Origin: Nitrospirota bacterium
GTDB taxonomy: Bacteria > Nitrospirota > UBA9217
Length of the DNA: 64,000 nucleotides
NCBI GenBank assembly: GCA_035623825.1
Contig: DASPSR010000008.1
Coordinates: 30,480 to 94,479 of the forward strand
Reading direction: 5' to 3'
The translations under genes were made by a program, and so were the position numbers. The number at the start of each line of letters is the position of its first letter. Position 1 is the stretch's first letter. Under the pieces are notes generated by a model. That model was given only the letters and a program-made list of their open reading frames with translations, was not told the DNA's origin and ran no database searches. Below, piece after piece: positions 20,227 through 30,433 of the stretch.

Positions 20227-20538
20227 ATGACCAAAATGAAGAAGGAAGACATCTTGAATGACGCCGATTTCAAGGACCTCTCGGGTCAGAAGAACACGAT
20301 ATCGATCATTCTGACGATACTTGAACTGGTGATCTATTTCGGTTTCGTCGGTCTGATCGCCTATAACAAGCCGTTCCTGGCGCAGAAGCTCTCCGAAGGC
20401 GGCGCCGCCACGATCGGGATCCCCATCGCCGTCGGCACGATTGTCCTGTCGTGGGTGCTGACCGGCATCTATATCTGGTGGGCGAATGCGAAGTATGACG
20501 TGCTCGTCAAAAAAGTCAAAGAGAAGATAGGAGGATAA
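20227..20538 (+). CDS. DUF485 (YjcH-like) small membrane protein
   Basis: Two TMs; [17 protein letters not shown]; directly precedes actP. Confidence 0.88.
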   Translation: MTKMKKEDILNDADFKDLSGQKNTISIILTILELVIYFGFVGLIAYNKPFLAQKLSEGGAATIGIPIAVGTIVLSWVLTGIYIWWANAKYDVLVKKVKEKIGG

Positions 20539-20540
20539 CC

Positions 20541-22322
20541 ATGCATCAGACGGTCATAGGACAGGCAAATCCGGTCGCAATAGGCTTCTTCGTTCTGTTC
20601 GTTATCACCACGCTCGTCATCACCTACTGGGCGGCAAAACGGACGAGGACCACAAAGGACTTTTACGCAGCGGGGAGAAGCATCACGGGATTCCAGAACG
20701 GGCTCGCGCTCGCGGGCGACTACATGAGCGCGGCATCGTTCTTGGGCATTGCCGGCCTCGTGTCCACGAAAGGCTACGACGGCCTCATCTACTCCGTGGG
20801 CTGGCTCGTGGGATGGCCGATCATCATGTTCCTGATATCCGAACCTCTCCGCAACCTGGGGAAATACACTTTTGCCGATGTCGTTGCCTACCGGCTCCAG
20901 CAGCGTCCAATCCGCGCGGCGGCGGCGGCGGGCTCGATCGTCGTCGTGCTCACCTATCTCATCGCGCAGATGGTGGGCGCAGGCACGCTGATCAAGCTCA
21001 TGTTCGGCCTTCCCTTTGAGCTCGCCATCGTGATAACAGGCGGACTCATGATTTCATATGTGCTCTTCGGCGGCATGATCGCCACCACCTGGGTCCAGAT
21101 CATCAAGGCGGTCCTGCTCCTGGGCGGCGCCACGCTCCTCGTGATCCTGACCCTCGGCCAGTTCGGGTTCAGCTACGGAGCGCTCTTCAGCCAGGCGGAA
21201 AAACTGTACACGAATAAGTTCCTCGAGCCGGGCGGTCTCGTCACGAGTCCCGTAGACGCGTTTTCGCTGGGGCTTGCCCTCATGTTCGGCACGGCCGGCC
21301 TTCCCCATATCCTCATGCGGTTCTACACGGTGCCTGACGCGAAAGAGGCGCGCAAGTCGGTGTTCTACGCTACCGGCTTCATCGGCTACTTCTACATCCT
21401 GACCGTGACCATCGGCTTCGGCGCTGCCGTGCTGGTGGGCCAGAAGGTCATCATGGGCATCGACAAGGGCGGCAACATGGCCGGCCCGCTGCTTGCCGAG
21501 GTGCTGGGCGGGAACGTGTTCCTCGGCTTCCTGTCAGCCGTCGCGTTCGCGACGATCCTTGCCGTGGTGTCCGGCCTGACGCTCGCCGGCGCATCAGCGC
21601 TGTCCCACGACCTCTACGTCGGCGTGATCCGGCGAGGAGTGGCCGCAGAGAAGGAAGAAGTGAAGGTCGCGAAGATCGCCACCGTCGGCCTGGGCATCAC
21701 CGCGATCCTCTTGGGCATCCTGTTCAAGGGGCAGAACGTCGCGTTCCTGGTCGGCTTGACATTCGCGATCGCCGCAAGCGCGAACTTCCCCGCCTTGCTC
21801 ATGTCCATCGTGTGGAAGAAGTTCACGACCGCCGGCGCGGTGATGAGCATCTATACGGGCCTCATCGTGGCGGTCGTGCTCCTCATCCTGAGCCCCACGG
21901 TATGGATCGACATTGTGAAAAAGGATGAAAAGGCGGCGATTGAGAAATCGGTGGCCGATCTCAAGGCCGCGTCAGCCGCCATCGACACGCAGGTCGCCGA
22001 TATGCAGAAACAGATGGTCAGCGCCGACGCCATCGCAGCGATGAAAAAGAAGCAAAAGGCGGCAGCCGAGACGAAGAATGCCGAAATCCAGGCCGCCGTG
22101 GCCGGGAAGGCAAAGGAAAAGGAAGTGTTAACGACCAAGATGAAGGAAGCAAGCGCCAAGATGCCGCAGGCGATATTCCCCTTGAAGAACCCCGGCATCT
22201 ACTCCATGGCGGCCGCGTTCCTGGTCGGCATTCTCATTTCCCTCCTGGCGCCGAACAAGGAAGCGCAGGAAAAATTCGCCGATGAGAAGGTCAGGGAGTA
22301 TATCGGCATCGGCGCAGAGTAG
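20541..22322 (+). CDS. actP: Cation/acetate symporter ActP (SLC5/SSS family)
   Basis: [45 protein letters not shown] and [12 protein letters not shown] motifs. Confidence 0.93.
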   Translation: MHQTVIGQANPVAIGFFVLFVITTLVITYWAAKRTRTTKDFYAAGRSITGFQNGLALAGDYMSAASFLGIAGLVSTKGYDGLIYSVGWLVGWPIIMFLISEPLRNLGKYTFADVVAYRLQQRPIRAAAAAGSIVVVLTYLIAQMVGAGTLIKLMFGLPFELAIVITGGLMISYVLFGGMIATTWVQIIKAVLLLGGATLLVILTLGQFGFSYGALFSQAEKLYTNKFLEPGGLVTSPVDAFSLGLALMFGTAGLPHILMRFYTVPDAKEARKSVFYATGFIGYFYILTVTIGFGAAVLVGQKVIMGIDKGGNMAGPLLAEVLGGNVFLGFLSAVAFATILAVVSGLTLAGASALSHDLYVGVIRRGVAAEKEEVKVAKIATVGLGITAILLGILFKGQNVAFLVGLTFAIAASANFPALLMSIVWKKFTTAGAVMSIYTGLIVAVVLLILSPTVWIDIVKKDEKAAIEKSVADLKAASAAIDTQVADMQKQMVSADAIAAMKKKQKAAAETKNAEIQAAVAGKAKEKEVLTTKMKEASAKMPQAIFPLKNPGIYSMAAAFLVGILISLLAPNKEAQEKFADEKVREYIGIGAE

Positions 22323-22379
22323 GAATCGCCATCGGTCGAGGGAGCGGGGGACGCGGCGTTATTTGCGTACCCCTGCCTC

Positions 22380-22408
22380 TTGACAATTCGCCCTCTTTCC
22401 CGTAGAGT
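22380..22408 (+). promoter_or_regulatory. Sigma70-type promoter for acs
   Basis: TTGACA-17 nt-TAGAGT. Confidence 0.55.
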
Positions 22409-22496
22409 TCCGCGTGAGAGAGGGCATCAGCACTCTTCCGCTGCTTGAAGCAGCGGAACCCATACTTAATTGGAGCAGCGAGAAGGAGGACGAGGA

Positions 22497-24473
22497 ATGG
22501 CAAAGGAAAGCTTCGAAGTCCTGTCGACGGAAAAAAGGATATTTCCTCCGTCAAAGGAATTCAGCCAGAAAGCGTATATCAAGAGCATGAAGGAATACGA
22601 GCAGCTTTACAAACGGTCGGTCGACAGCCCCGAGAAGTTCTGGGCAGAGATGGCGGAACAGAACCTCACATGGTATAAAAAGTGGGACAAGGTTCTCGAG
22701 TACGATTTTAACAAGCCCTACATCAGGTATTTCAGCGGCGGCAAGCTGAACGCCTCAGTGAACTGCCTGGACCGTTTCATCAAAACACCAACGCGAAACA
22801 AGGCCGCGCTCATCTGGGAGGCGGACAGCGGCGTGTACAAGACCTATACGTACCAGCAGCTCTATACCGAGGTGAACCGGTTCGCGAACGTGCTGAAGAA
22901 GAAGGGCATCAAGAAGGGTGACCGGGTCACGATCTACCTGCCCATGATCCCGGAGCTCCCCATCGCCATGCTCGCCTGCGCCCGGATCGGCGCGATCCAC
23001 AGCGTGGTGTTCGGCGGGTTCTCCTCGAAATCGCTGAGGGACCGGATCCAGGACTGCAATTCCCAGATGCTCATCACCGCCGACGAAGGTCTCCGCGGCG
23101 GACGGTTCGTGCCGCTGAAATCGAACGCCGACGAGGCGCTTCTCGAATGCCCCTCGGTGAAGGGCGTCGTTGTCGTGTGCCGGGCAGGAACCGGAAAGAT
23201 AAACATGGAGCCCTCGCGGGACGTGTGGTGGCACGAGGAGATGGCCGCCAAGGACATAACCAACTACTGCGAGCCCGAGAAGATGGATGCGGAGGACCCG
23301 CTCTTCATCCTCTACACCTCCGGCTCGACGGGCAAGCCCAAGGGCGTGCTCCACACCACGGGCGGCTACATGCTCTTCACAAACCTCACGTTCAAGTGGA
23401 TCTTCGACTATCACGACGAGGACATCCATTTCTGCACCGCGGACATCGGCTGGGTGACGGGGCACAGCTATATCCTCTACGGACCGCTCTCGGCAGGTGC
23501 CACCTCCCTCATGTTCGAGGGTATTCCCACCTATCCGGACCCGGGCAGGTTCTGGGACATCGTGGACAAGCACGGGGTGAACATCTTCTACACGGCTCCC
23601 ACGGCGATCCGCGCGCTCATGAAAGAGGGCGAGGCCTGGGTAAAGAAGCACGACCTGTCGTCGCTCCGGGTGCTCGGCACCGTCGGTGAACCGATCAACC
23701 CCGAAGCGTGGATGTGGTATCATACGAACGTCGGAAAGGAGAAGCTGCCGATAGTCGATACCTGGTGGCAGACCGAGACGGGGGGCATCCTCATCACGCC
23801 GCTGCCCGGCGCCATGACCACCAAACCGGGTTCGGCAACGAGGCCTTTCCCGGGCGTCGTGCCGAAGGTCGTGAAGGAGAACGGCGCGCCCGCCGGCGTG
23901 AACGAGGGCGGATACCTGGTGATCGAAAAGCCCTGGCCCGGCATGCTCCGCGGGACCTACGGCGATCCCGAGAACAAGCGGATCAAGGAGGTATACTTCA
24001 CCAGGTTCCCCGGCGTGTATTTCACCGGCGACGGCGCGCGCGTCGACGAGGACGGCGATTACTGGCTCATGGGCCGCGTCGATGACGTCATCAACGTTTC
24101 CGGCCACCGGCTCGGGACGGCCGAAGTGGAATCGGCCCTCGTCAGCCATGAAGCTGTGGCGGAGGCGGCCGTGGTCGGCTACCCCCACGAGATCAAGGGC
24201 GAGGGCATTTATGTGTATGTGACCCTCAAAGAGGGCTTCAAATCGAGCGATGACCTGAAGAAGACCCTCGTGGGACACGTGCGCTCGGTGATCGGCCCGA
24301 TCGCGTCGCCCGACAAGCTCCAGTTCGCTCCCGGCCTGCCGAAGACCAGAAGCGGCAAGATCATGAGGCGCATCCTGCGGAAGATCGCCCACAACCAGCT
24401 GGAAGACTTAGGGGATACGTCGACGCTTGCCGATCCGACCGTTGTGGACTCGCTCGTAAAAGGGAGGGTCTGA
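22497..24473 (+). CDS. acs: Acetyl-CoA synthetase (AMP-forming)
   Basis: [20 protein letters not shown] and [12 protein letters not shown]; AAGGAGG RBS before ATG 22497. Confidence 0.96.
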   Translation: MAKESFEVLSTEKRIFPPSKEFSQKAYIKSMKEYEQLYKRSVDSPEKFWAEMAEQNLTWYKKWDKVLEYDFNKPYIRYFSGGKLNASVNCLDRFIKTPTRNKAALIWEADSGVYKTYTYQQLYTEVNRFANVLKKKGIKKGDRVTIYLPMIPELPIAMLACARIGAIHSVVFGGFSSKSLRDRIQDCNSQMLITADEGLRGGRFVPLKSNADEALLECPSVKGVVVVCRAGTGKINMEPSRDVWWHEEMAAKDITNYCEPEKMDAEDPLFILYTSGSTGKPKGVLHTTGGYMLFTNLTFKWIFDYHDEDIHFCTADIGWVTGHSYILYGPLSAGATSLMFEGIPTYPDPGRFWDIVDKHGVNIFYTAPTAIRALMKEGEAWVKKHDLSSLRVLGTVGEPINPEAWMWYHTNVGKEKLPIVDTWWQTETGGILITPLPGAMTTKPGSATRPFPGVVPKVVKENGAPAGVNEGGYLVIEKPWPGMLRGTYGDPENKRIKEVYFTRFPGVYFTGDGARVDEDGDYWLMGRVDDVINVSGHRLGTAEVESALVSHEAVAEAAVVGYPHEIKGEGIYVYVTLKEGFKSSDDLKKTLVGHVRSVIGPIASPDKLQFAPGLPKTRSGKIMRRILRKIAHNQLEDLGDTSTLADPTVVDSLVKGRV

Positions 24474-24534
24474 CCGCCGCAGAATCGTGTACCTTACTGC
24501 CTGCGCCCATGCCCTCGGACGCAGGAATTTAAGG

Positions 24535-24563
24535 TTGACAGGAGACGATGGCGAAAATATAAT
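24535..24563 (+). promoter_or_regulatory. Consensus sigma70 promoter
   Basis: Exact TTGACA-17 nt-TATAAT. Confidence 0.85.
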
Positions 24564-24569
24564 TGTACA

Positions 24570-24685
24570 GAGAACGTCACCCGGGGTGAGGCGATCACGA
24601 TCCCGTCCCGGCTGACAGGAGGGCGCACAGAAAAACATTCATGCCCATTTGTAGTTTCACAGGCTGCAAATGGGCTTTTTCTTTT
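24570..24685 (+). ncRNA. Candidate small RNA or attenuator leader (~115 nt)
   Basis: Bounded by a consensus promoter and a strong terminator; 5' hairpin GTCA/TGAC plus CCGGGG/TCCCGG; no family recognised. Confidence 0.45.
24643..24685 (+). terminator. Intrinsic terminator
   Basis: 13-bp stem GCCCATTTGTAGT/GCTGCAAATGGGC followed by TTTTTCTTTT. Confidence 0.85.
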
Positions 24686-24746
24686 CCCGCCGGAATCCGG
24701 CCGTCTAAAAGCGGAGCGGAACGCCGGAACCAGAAGGAGGCCTCTC

Positions 24747-25337
24747 ATGAAAAGGCTTACTCTTGTCATGGTGCTCTTCTTTTTCGCCGTCTCTGCATCA
24801 GCCGAGGAGAAGCGGTACACGGTGCCTCTCGGAGACTCGCCGACCAGCGGTCCGCAGGATGCGCCGGTCACTATCATAGAGTTCCTCGATTTCCAATGAC
24901 CGCACTGCGTGGCGGCCGGTCCGACCGTCAAGAAGATCATGGACACGTACAAGGGAAAGATACGGCTCGCGATCAAGAATTATCCGTACATATATCGTGA
25001 CTACTCCTACCTGGCGGCCGAGGCGTCGCTCGCGGCGCGGGACCAGGGCAAATACTGGGAGATGCACGACCTCCTGCTCAAGAGGTCTCCGAAACTCGAC
25101 CGCATGAGCCTCATCGGGTACGCGAAGGAGCTTGGGCTCGATGTAAAGGAGTTCACCGATTCTATCGACAGCGAAAGGCATGCGCAGGACATCGAACGTG
25201 ACGTACAACTCGCTACAGGAATGGACATTTACAATACACCCACGTTTTTCATCAACGGCCTCAAGGTCATAGGAGATCGGCCGTTCGCCGATTTTAAGAA
25301 GATCATCGACCAGGAGTTGAAAAATGCCAAACAATAG
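24747..25337 (+). CDS. DsbA/thioredoxin-fold periplasmic selenoprotein (UxxC; in-frame TGA 24897-24899 read as Sec)
   Basis: AAGGAGG RBS; signal peptide; GPQDAPVTIIEFLDFQ-TGA-PHC; the frame continues to TPTFFING; SECIS-like hairpin at 24910-24930. Confidence 0.85.
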
Positions 25338-26403
25338 GCCTATCCACCGGCTCGTCTTAATGCTGTGTTTTACACTTTCGATCGCCCTCTGCTCCTCATA
25401 TGCCTTTGCCGGGGATCTTGAGCCGTTCAAGGCCGTTCCCGTGCCGGAAGGGAACCTCCAGACGCCGGAGAAGATAGAACTGGGGAAAAAGCTGTTCTTC
25501 GACCGCCGGCTTTCGGGAGACGGGACCATGAACTGCGCGACCTGCCACGATCCGGAACAGGCGTTCACGGACGGGCTCGAGATATCTCTCAGCTATCCCA
25601 CGACGAGAAACTGGCGCAACTCGCCCACGCTCATGAACGTGGCGTTCCAGAAGTACCTGTTCCACGACGGCCGGGCGCGGACCCTCGAGGAGCAGGCGCT
25701 CTTCCCGATGATGTCGGCATTCGAGATGAACAGGAACCTCGATTTCGTCGAAGAGGTGATCAGATCCGTGCCGGAGTACGTTGACGCGTTCCAGAAGGTC
25801 TTCGGCGGCGAGGTCACGCGCGAGCGCATGGCCATGGCGATCGCCGCGTTCGAAAGGACGCTCGTTTCCCGGAACACGCCGCTCGACCGGTTCCTCAAGG
25901 GAGACCAGAAGGCGCTCTCGGAGGACGCGAAAAAAGGCCTGGCCCTGTTCAAGGGGAAGGGCAAATGCACCGAATGCCACTACGGCGTGAGCCTGTCCGA
26001 CGACATGTTCCATGCACTGAATGTACCGGAGGACCCGGAACACCAGAGCGATCCGCGGATAGCCACCACAAGGAGGTTCGTGGCCAAGGTCTATCATTTT
26101 GATGAGTATCGCACGCTCGCGGAGGACCCGGGCAGGTACCTGATCACCAAGGACAAGAAGGACTGGAAGGCGTTTCGGACCCCCACGCTGCTTGAGATAT
26201 CACGGACCGCTCCGTTCATGCATAACGGCATCTTCCCGTCGCTCGATGACGTCATCGATTTCTTCGACAAGGGAGGAGGGCAGGGGAATACAGCGCTCAA
26301 GCCTTTGGGGCTGAGCGCCAGGGAGAAGCAGTATTTGAAGACGTTCCTCATCGAGGCGCTGACCGGCGAGCCGTTCGTCATAGAGTACCCGAAAGTGCCG
26401 TAG
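25324..26403 (+). CDS. Diheme cytochrome c peroxidase/MauG family protein
   Basis: LGKKLFFDRRLS, CATCH, RNSPT, CTECH and AFRTPTL...TAPFMHNG motifs. Confidence 0.9.
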   Translation: MPNNRPIHRLVLMLCFTLSIALCSSYAFAGDLEPFKAVPVPEGNLQTPEKIELGKKLFFDRRLSGDGTMNCATCHDPEQAFTDGLEISLSYPTTRNWRNSPTLMNVAFQKYLFHDGRARTLEEQALFPMMSAFEMNRNLDFVEEVIRSVPEYVDAFQKVFGGEVTRERMAMAIAAFERTLVSRNTPLDRFLKGDQKALSEDAKKGLALFKGKGKCTECHYGVSLSDDMFHALNVPEDPEHQSDPRIATTRRFVAKVYHFDEYRTLAEDPGRYLITKDKKDWKAFRTPTLLEISRTAPFMHNGIFPSLDDVIDFFDKGGGQGNTALKPLGLSAREKQYLKTFLIEALTGEPFVIEYPKVP

Positions 26404-26477
26404 CCGGGAAACGATGTCCCGAGGACGTAGATTTTTCTGTCCCTTATCCTGCCCAAAGAAAAGAGGGGGGAGATCAG

Positions 26478-27239
26478 GTGAAAGTTGCCATCGAGGATAT
26501 CATCAGGGAAAAACCGCATCTCACGGACCCGTTCAGATTCTATCAAAAGGCCGTGAAATTCACGGAGTCGGTCAGGGGACTCCGGCTCCCTGCGCGACTG
26601 GAGATGCATTCCTATCCGCGTGAATCCGTCGACAGGGTATTCGAGATATTCTCCGCCATCTTTGAGTTCCCGGAGGGGACCCTCGCGCCGCTGAAACAGG
26701 CAATGGGGCTAAATGAGATTGACTTGACGCGTCTGCCCCTAGGCGAGATCCCTGCGTTCTCGCTCCCCTATCCCGAGGACGACCTGACAATGCTCCTGTT
26801 CCTCATCGGCAAGCCGTACTTTCTCGGCCTGCGGGAAGCGGTCAGCCTGGACAAGCGGGTATGGGAGGAGGGGAGATGCCCGGTGTGCAGCGCGCAGCCG
26901 TCGATAGCATGGATCGAGGGGGAGGGCCGGCGTCAGATCTCCTGTTCATTCTGCGGTACCGTGGGATATCATGAACGGATCGGTTGCATGATCTGTCAGA
27001 ACAGTGAGGGGCCGAAACAGAATGTTTTCGTCTTCCAGGGCGAATCGGCGTTCAGGCTCAATACGTGCGATGCATGCCGGTCGTATGTAAAGACCATTGA
27101 TGCCGGCATGCTTTCACGCATAGGCCCCGAGGTGGCCGACCTTATGAGCCTTCCTCTTGATATCGTGGTGCAGGAAAAAGGGTTCGAGCGTCGCTCACCG
27201 AACCCGATAGGCATGAGGAAAATATCGACTCACGGCTAG
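26478..27239 (+). CDS. fdhE: Formate dehydrogenase accessory protein FdhE-like
   Basis: CPVC, CSFC, CMIC and CDACRSYVK Cys motifs. Confidence 0.82.
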   Translation: MKVAIEDIIREKPHLTDPFRFYQKAVKFTESVRGLRLPARLEMHSYPRESVDRVFEIFSAIFEFPEGTLAPLKQAMGLNEIDLTRLPLGEIPAFSLPYPEDDLTMLLFLIGKPYFLGLREAVSLDKRVWEEGRCPVCSAQPSIAWIEGEGRRQISCSFCGTVGYHERIGCMICQNSEGPKQNVFVFQGESAFRLNTCDACRSYVKTIDAGMLSRIGPEVADLMSLPLDIVVQEKGFERRSPNPIGMRKISTHG

Positions 27240-27372
27240 AACATGCCTCAACATGCCCACAGGGATCGTCCTACGGCCGCCTCCTCCCGTTCACCCGCTA
27301 ACTCCGGCTAGAGAAACGTCTCCCGCATTCTTTCTGACCTTAAAAAGTCGCGGCAGGTCAAGGACAAGGTTG

Positions 27373-27819
27373 CTACTTCATGATCTGGTCGATCCACTGC
27401 ACCAGATCGATTTTTTCCTTGGGGGCGCCGTCCATGCGCGCGATCTGCGTTCCGTTCTTGAAGACGACAAAGGTGGGCGTGGCCTTCACCATAAAACGCT
27501 GAGACAGGCCCGGTTCCGCGTCCACGTCGACCCTGACCACCTTCAAGCGGCCGGCCTTCCAGGACGCAAGGTCGTTCACGACCGGCTCGACCATACGGCA
27601 GTAGCCGCACCACTTGGCCCAGAATTCCAGAAGCACGAATTCCGGCCACTCGAAGATCTCGCGCTCGAAGGTCGCCGCCGTTGCATTGACGGGCGCCCTG
27701 GGGAACTCGAGGGCTTTCTTGCATTGTCCGCAGGCCGGGTGGCCCTCTAATTTCTCCGGGGGGACCCGGTTGAGCGTCTTGCACGAACTGCAGCGGATGA
27801 TGATCGACCTGTCCGGCAT
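27373..27819 (-). CDS. trxC: Thioredoxin 2 (Zn-finger, TrxC-like)
   Basis: CSSC...CGQC zinc finger; WCGYC active site; TPT cis-Pro loop. Confidence 0.85.
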   Translation of the reverse strand: MPDRSIIIRCSSCKTLNRVPPEKLEGHPACGQCKKALEFPRAPVNATAATFEREIFEWPEFVLLEFWAKWCGYCRMVEPVVNDLASWKAGRLKVVRVDVDAEPGLSQRFMVKATPTFVVFKNGTQIARMDGAPKEKIDLVQWIDQIMK

Positions 27820-27924
27820 ATGCACTCCTCATTTATTATATCATGCCCTCCCGGACATGACGGCGGCGGCCTGCGGACAGGCCTTCTGACTGGCCTCCGG
27901 GCCTTTTTCGGTATAAAATAAAAC

Positions 27925-29019
27925 ATGGATCCGGCATTGCAGAAAAACAGCATACACATAGACGGCTCATACGGCGAGGGCGGGGGGCAGATCCTTCGGA
28001 CCTCACTTGCGCTGTCGTGCGTGCTCGGAAGGCCCGTCGAGATCATCAACATCCGCAGGACGCGCAGGAAGCCGGGACTCCAGCCGCAGCATCTTACCGC
28101 GGTCAAAGCTGCAGCGACGATCAGTCGCGCCCGCGTGGAGGGGGCGGCGCTTTCCTCCACCGCGCTTCGCTTCTCGCCGGGCGCAACCCGCGGAGGCGAC
28201 TATTTTTTCGACGTGTCCGAAACAAAAGGGAGCGCCGGGAGCAGTTCCCTGGTTCTTCAGACGGTCCTGCTTCCGCTCTGTTTTGCCGAAGGTCCCTCCA
28301 CCGTCACGGTGACCGGAGGCACGCACGTGCCCTTGAGCCCGACGTTCCACTATCTGGAGAGGGTATTTCTGCCGACGCTTTCCCGTATCGGCGTCATCGC
28401 TGACATCGGCATCGAACAGTGGGGCTGGTATCCTCGTGGCGGCGGGAAGATCGCTGCAAAGATCGGTGCGAAAAGCGTCCTCAAACCGGTCGAGATCCCG
28501 GCGAGGGGAAAGCTGGTCCGCGTCACCGGGGTCTCGGCAGTCGCAAATCTGCCGAACGACATAGCCGTGCGGCAGCGGAACCAGGCGCTCCATGCGCTCA
28601 GCGAGAGAGGCATTGATGCGGCCGTCGATGTTGTTTCCGCGCCTTCGCCGGGCAAAGGCACGCTCTTCTTTCTGCTCGCGGAGTTTGAAAACATCGCTGC
28701 CGGATTTGACGCCCTCGGGGCGATCGGCAAGCGCGCCGAGGAAGTGGCGGACGAGGCGTGTCATGCGCTGTTTCAATACATGGACGCGGACGGCGCCCTC
28801 GATCCGCACCTTGCGGACCAGTTTATCCCTTACGCTGCGTTCTGTGACGGCACCTCAGAATTCACCACGACCCGCATCACGGGGCATTTGCTCACGAACA
28901 TCTGGGTGGTAAAGCAGTTCATGGTCATGGACACAACGGTTGAAGGCAAGGAAGGCGGGCCGGGCAAAATCACTGTCCGGGGGCACGGGGCGAGGGACCG
29001 GGGTAAGGAGTCACCCTGA
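27925..29019 (+). CDS. rtcA: RNA 3'-terminal phosphate cyclase
   Basis: IDGSYGEGGGQILRTSL, RKPGLQPQH, GWYPRGGG and DPHLADQ motifs. Confidence 0.95.
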   Translation: MDPALQKNSIHIDGSYGEGGGQILRTSLALSCVLGRPVEIINIRRTRRKPGLQPQHLTAVKAAATISRARVEGAALSSTALRFSPGATRGGDYFFDVSETKGSAGSSSLVLQTVLLPLCFAEGPSTVTVTGGTHVPLSPTFHYLERVFLPTLSRIGVIADIGIEQWGWYPRGGGKIAAKIGAKSVLKPVEIPARGKLVRVTGVSAVANLPNDIAVRQRNQALHALSERGIDAAVDVVSAPSPGKGTLFFLLAEFENIAAGFDALGAIGKRAEEVADEACHALFQYMDADGALDPHLADQFIPYAAFCDGTSEFTTTRITGHLLTNIWVVKQFMVMDTTVEGKEGGPGKITVRGHGARDRGKESP

Positions 29020-29129
29020 TACGAGAGACAAGGGGCGAAAAAAAGCGACGATCATGGATGGTGGATGAGAGCTCCCCGGGTATGGTATATTGTAAACGTA
29101 AAATGGATCTTGTGGCCAAGGAGGATTTT

Positions 29130-29426
29130 ATGAAACCCGTTCTGACGTACATTGTGCTGGCGCTTGTTGCGATCTCGCTTGCCGGGTGCCTCTATACCAA
29201 CGTCATTGTCCCTTACGGGACAGAGCTCAACAAGACGGAGCTGGGCCATAAAAAGGGAACGGCTTCCACGTACTCCGTGGTGTGGCTCTTTGCCTGGGGC
29301 GATGCGGGGGCCGCTGCCGCGGCGAAGAACGGAGGTATCACAACGCTGACGCACATGGACCGTGAATTGCATGCCGTTCTGTTCGGCATTTACACGCGGC
29401 AGACCACGATCGTCTACGGCGACTGA
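29130..29426 (+). CDS. TRL-like small lipoprotein
   Basis: AGGAGG RBS; lipobox LAGC; WGDAG..AAAKNGGIT...TIVYGD. Confidence 0.75.
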   Translation: MKPVLTYIVLALVAISLAGCLYTNVIVPYGTELNKTELGHKKGTASTYSVVWLFAWGDAGAAAAAKNGGITTLTHMDRELHAVLFGIYTRQTTIVYGD

Positions 29427-29438
29427 CAGGAGCCCACT

Positions 29439-29774
29439 ATGCGTGCGATCGATCGAATGTCCGTCGTCATCGCTCTGTCCCTGCTCCTGGCGGGATGCGC
29501 TGGCGGCGTGTTGTTCCACAGCGGAATATATTCCCATACGGTGGAGCCGCTCACCTTCAACCGCAATCCGACCGACGTGGAGGGGAGCATGCAGCCGGCA
29601 AAAGGCGACATCAGGGAAATACAGTACTATGTCAGCGTTCAATGGGGAACGAACGGGATCGGCGATGTCGCCAGGAAGAACGGGATCACTACCGTCTATT
29701 ACGCCGATCTTGAAAGGCTGCGAGTACTATTCGGCATATGGCAGCAGGACATCGTGCACGTCTATGGGAGATAG
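29439..29774 (+). CDS. TRL-like small lipoprotein (paralog)
   Basis: Lipobox LAGC; WGTNGIGDVARKNGIT...VHVYGR. Confidence 0.7.
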   Translation: MRAIDRMSVVIALSLLLAGCAGGVLFHSGIYSHTVEPLTFNRNPTDVEGSMQPAKGDIREIQYYVSVQWGTNGIGDVARKNGITTVYYADLERLRVLFGIWQQDIVHVYGR

Positions 29775-29935
29775 CCCGCCATGACCGTTAGATTCCCGCT
29801 GCATCCCGTACTGAAAGTCCAGCGATAAAATGCATACCTTTGTCCGATGCATGTCCCGTGAGCGGGTGGTAAAATAGAGGCAGGGATGAGGAAAGATGCA
29901 CTCAAGAAACATAACGTTCCCTGAAGGAGGCATAT

Positions 29936-30376
29936 ATGCCGATACGTGTATCTGAAGCAATGTGGGAAGGGGATCTGATGAAGGGCAAGGGGAAGATGAG
30001 GCTTGGCAGCGGCGCATTCGAGGGCAGTTATTCCTTCGGGTCCCGTTTCGAGCAGGCGCGAGGCACCAACCCGGAAGAGCTGATCGGAGCGGCGCACGCA
30101 GGCTGTTTCAGCATGGCGCTCTCGATGATGCTGGGCCAGGCAGGATACAAGGTCGAGCAAATCCACACCACTGCGAAGGTGCATATAGATAAGGTCGCCG
30201 AGGGATTCAAGATCACGACCATCGAACTGGAGACCGTGGGTCAGGTGCCGGGAATCGACGAGCGGACATTCAAGGAGAAGGCAGAGGAGGCCAAGAAGGG
30301 ATGCCCCGTCTCCATGGCGCTGACCGGCGTCGATATCAGGCTTACGGCCAGGCTTAAGAAGCTGGCTGCGGCGTGA
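29936..30376 (+). CDS. osmC: OsmC-family peroxiredoxin
   Basis: GTNPEELIGAAHAGCFSMAL and AKKGCPVS motifs. Confidence 0.93.
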   Translation: MPIRVSEAMWEGDLMKGKGKMRLGSGAFEGSYSFGSRFEQARGTNPEELIGAAHAGCFSMALSMMLGQAGYKVEQIHTTAKVHIDKVAEGFKITTIELETVGQVPGIDERTFKEKAEEAKKGCPVSMALTGVDIRLTARLKKLAAA

Positions 30377-30433
30377 GGGCGGATCCGGACGTTCGCCCTC
30401 TTTTCATCATCCGCTGTATATTCACGGACTTTG

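Noticed and set aside
24747-24908. DsbA-like gene as a nonsense pseudogene, or starting at 24909
   Set aside because: The TGA falls exactly on the active-site Cys position with a SECIS-like hairpin, and selD/yedF are present.
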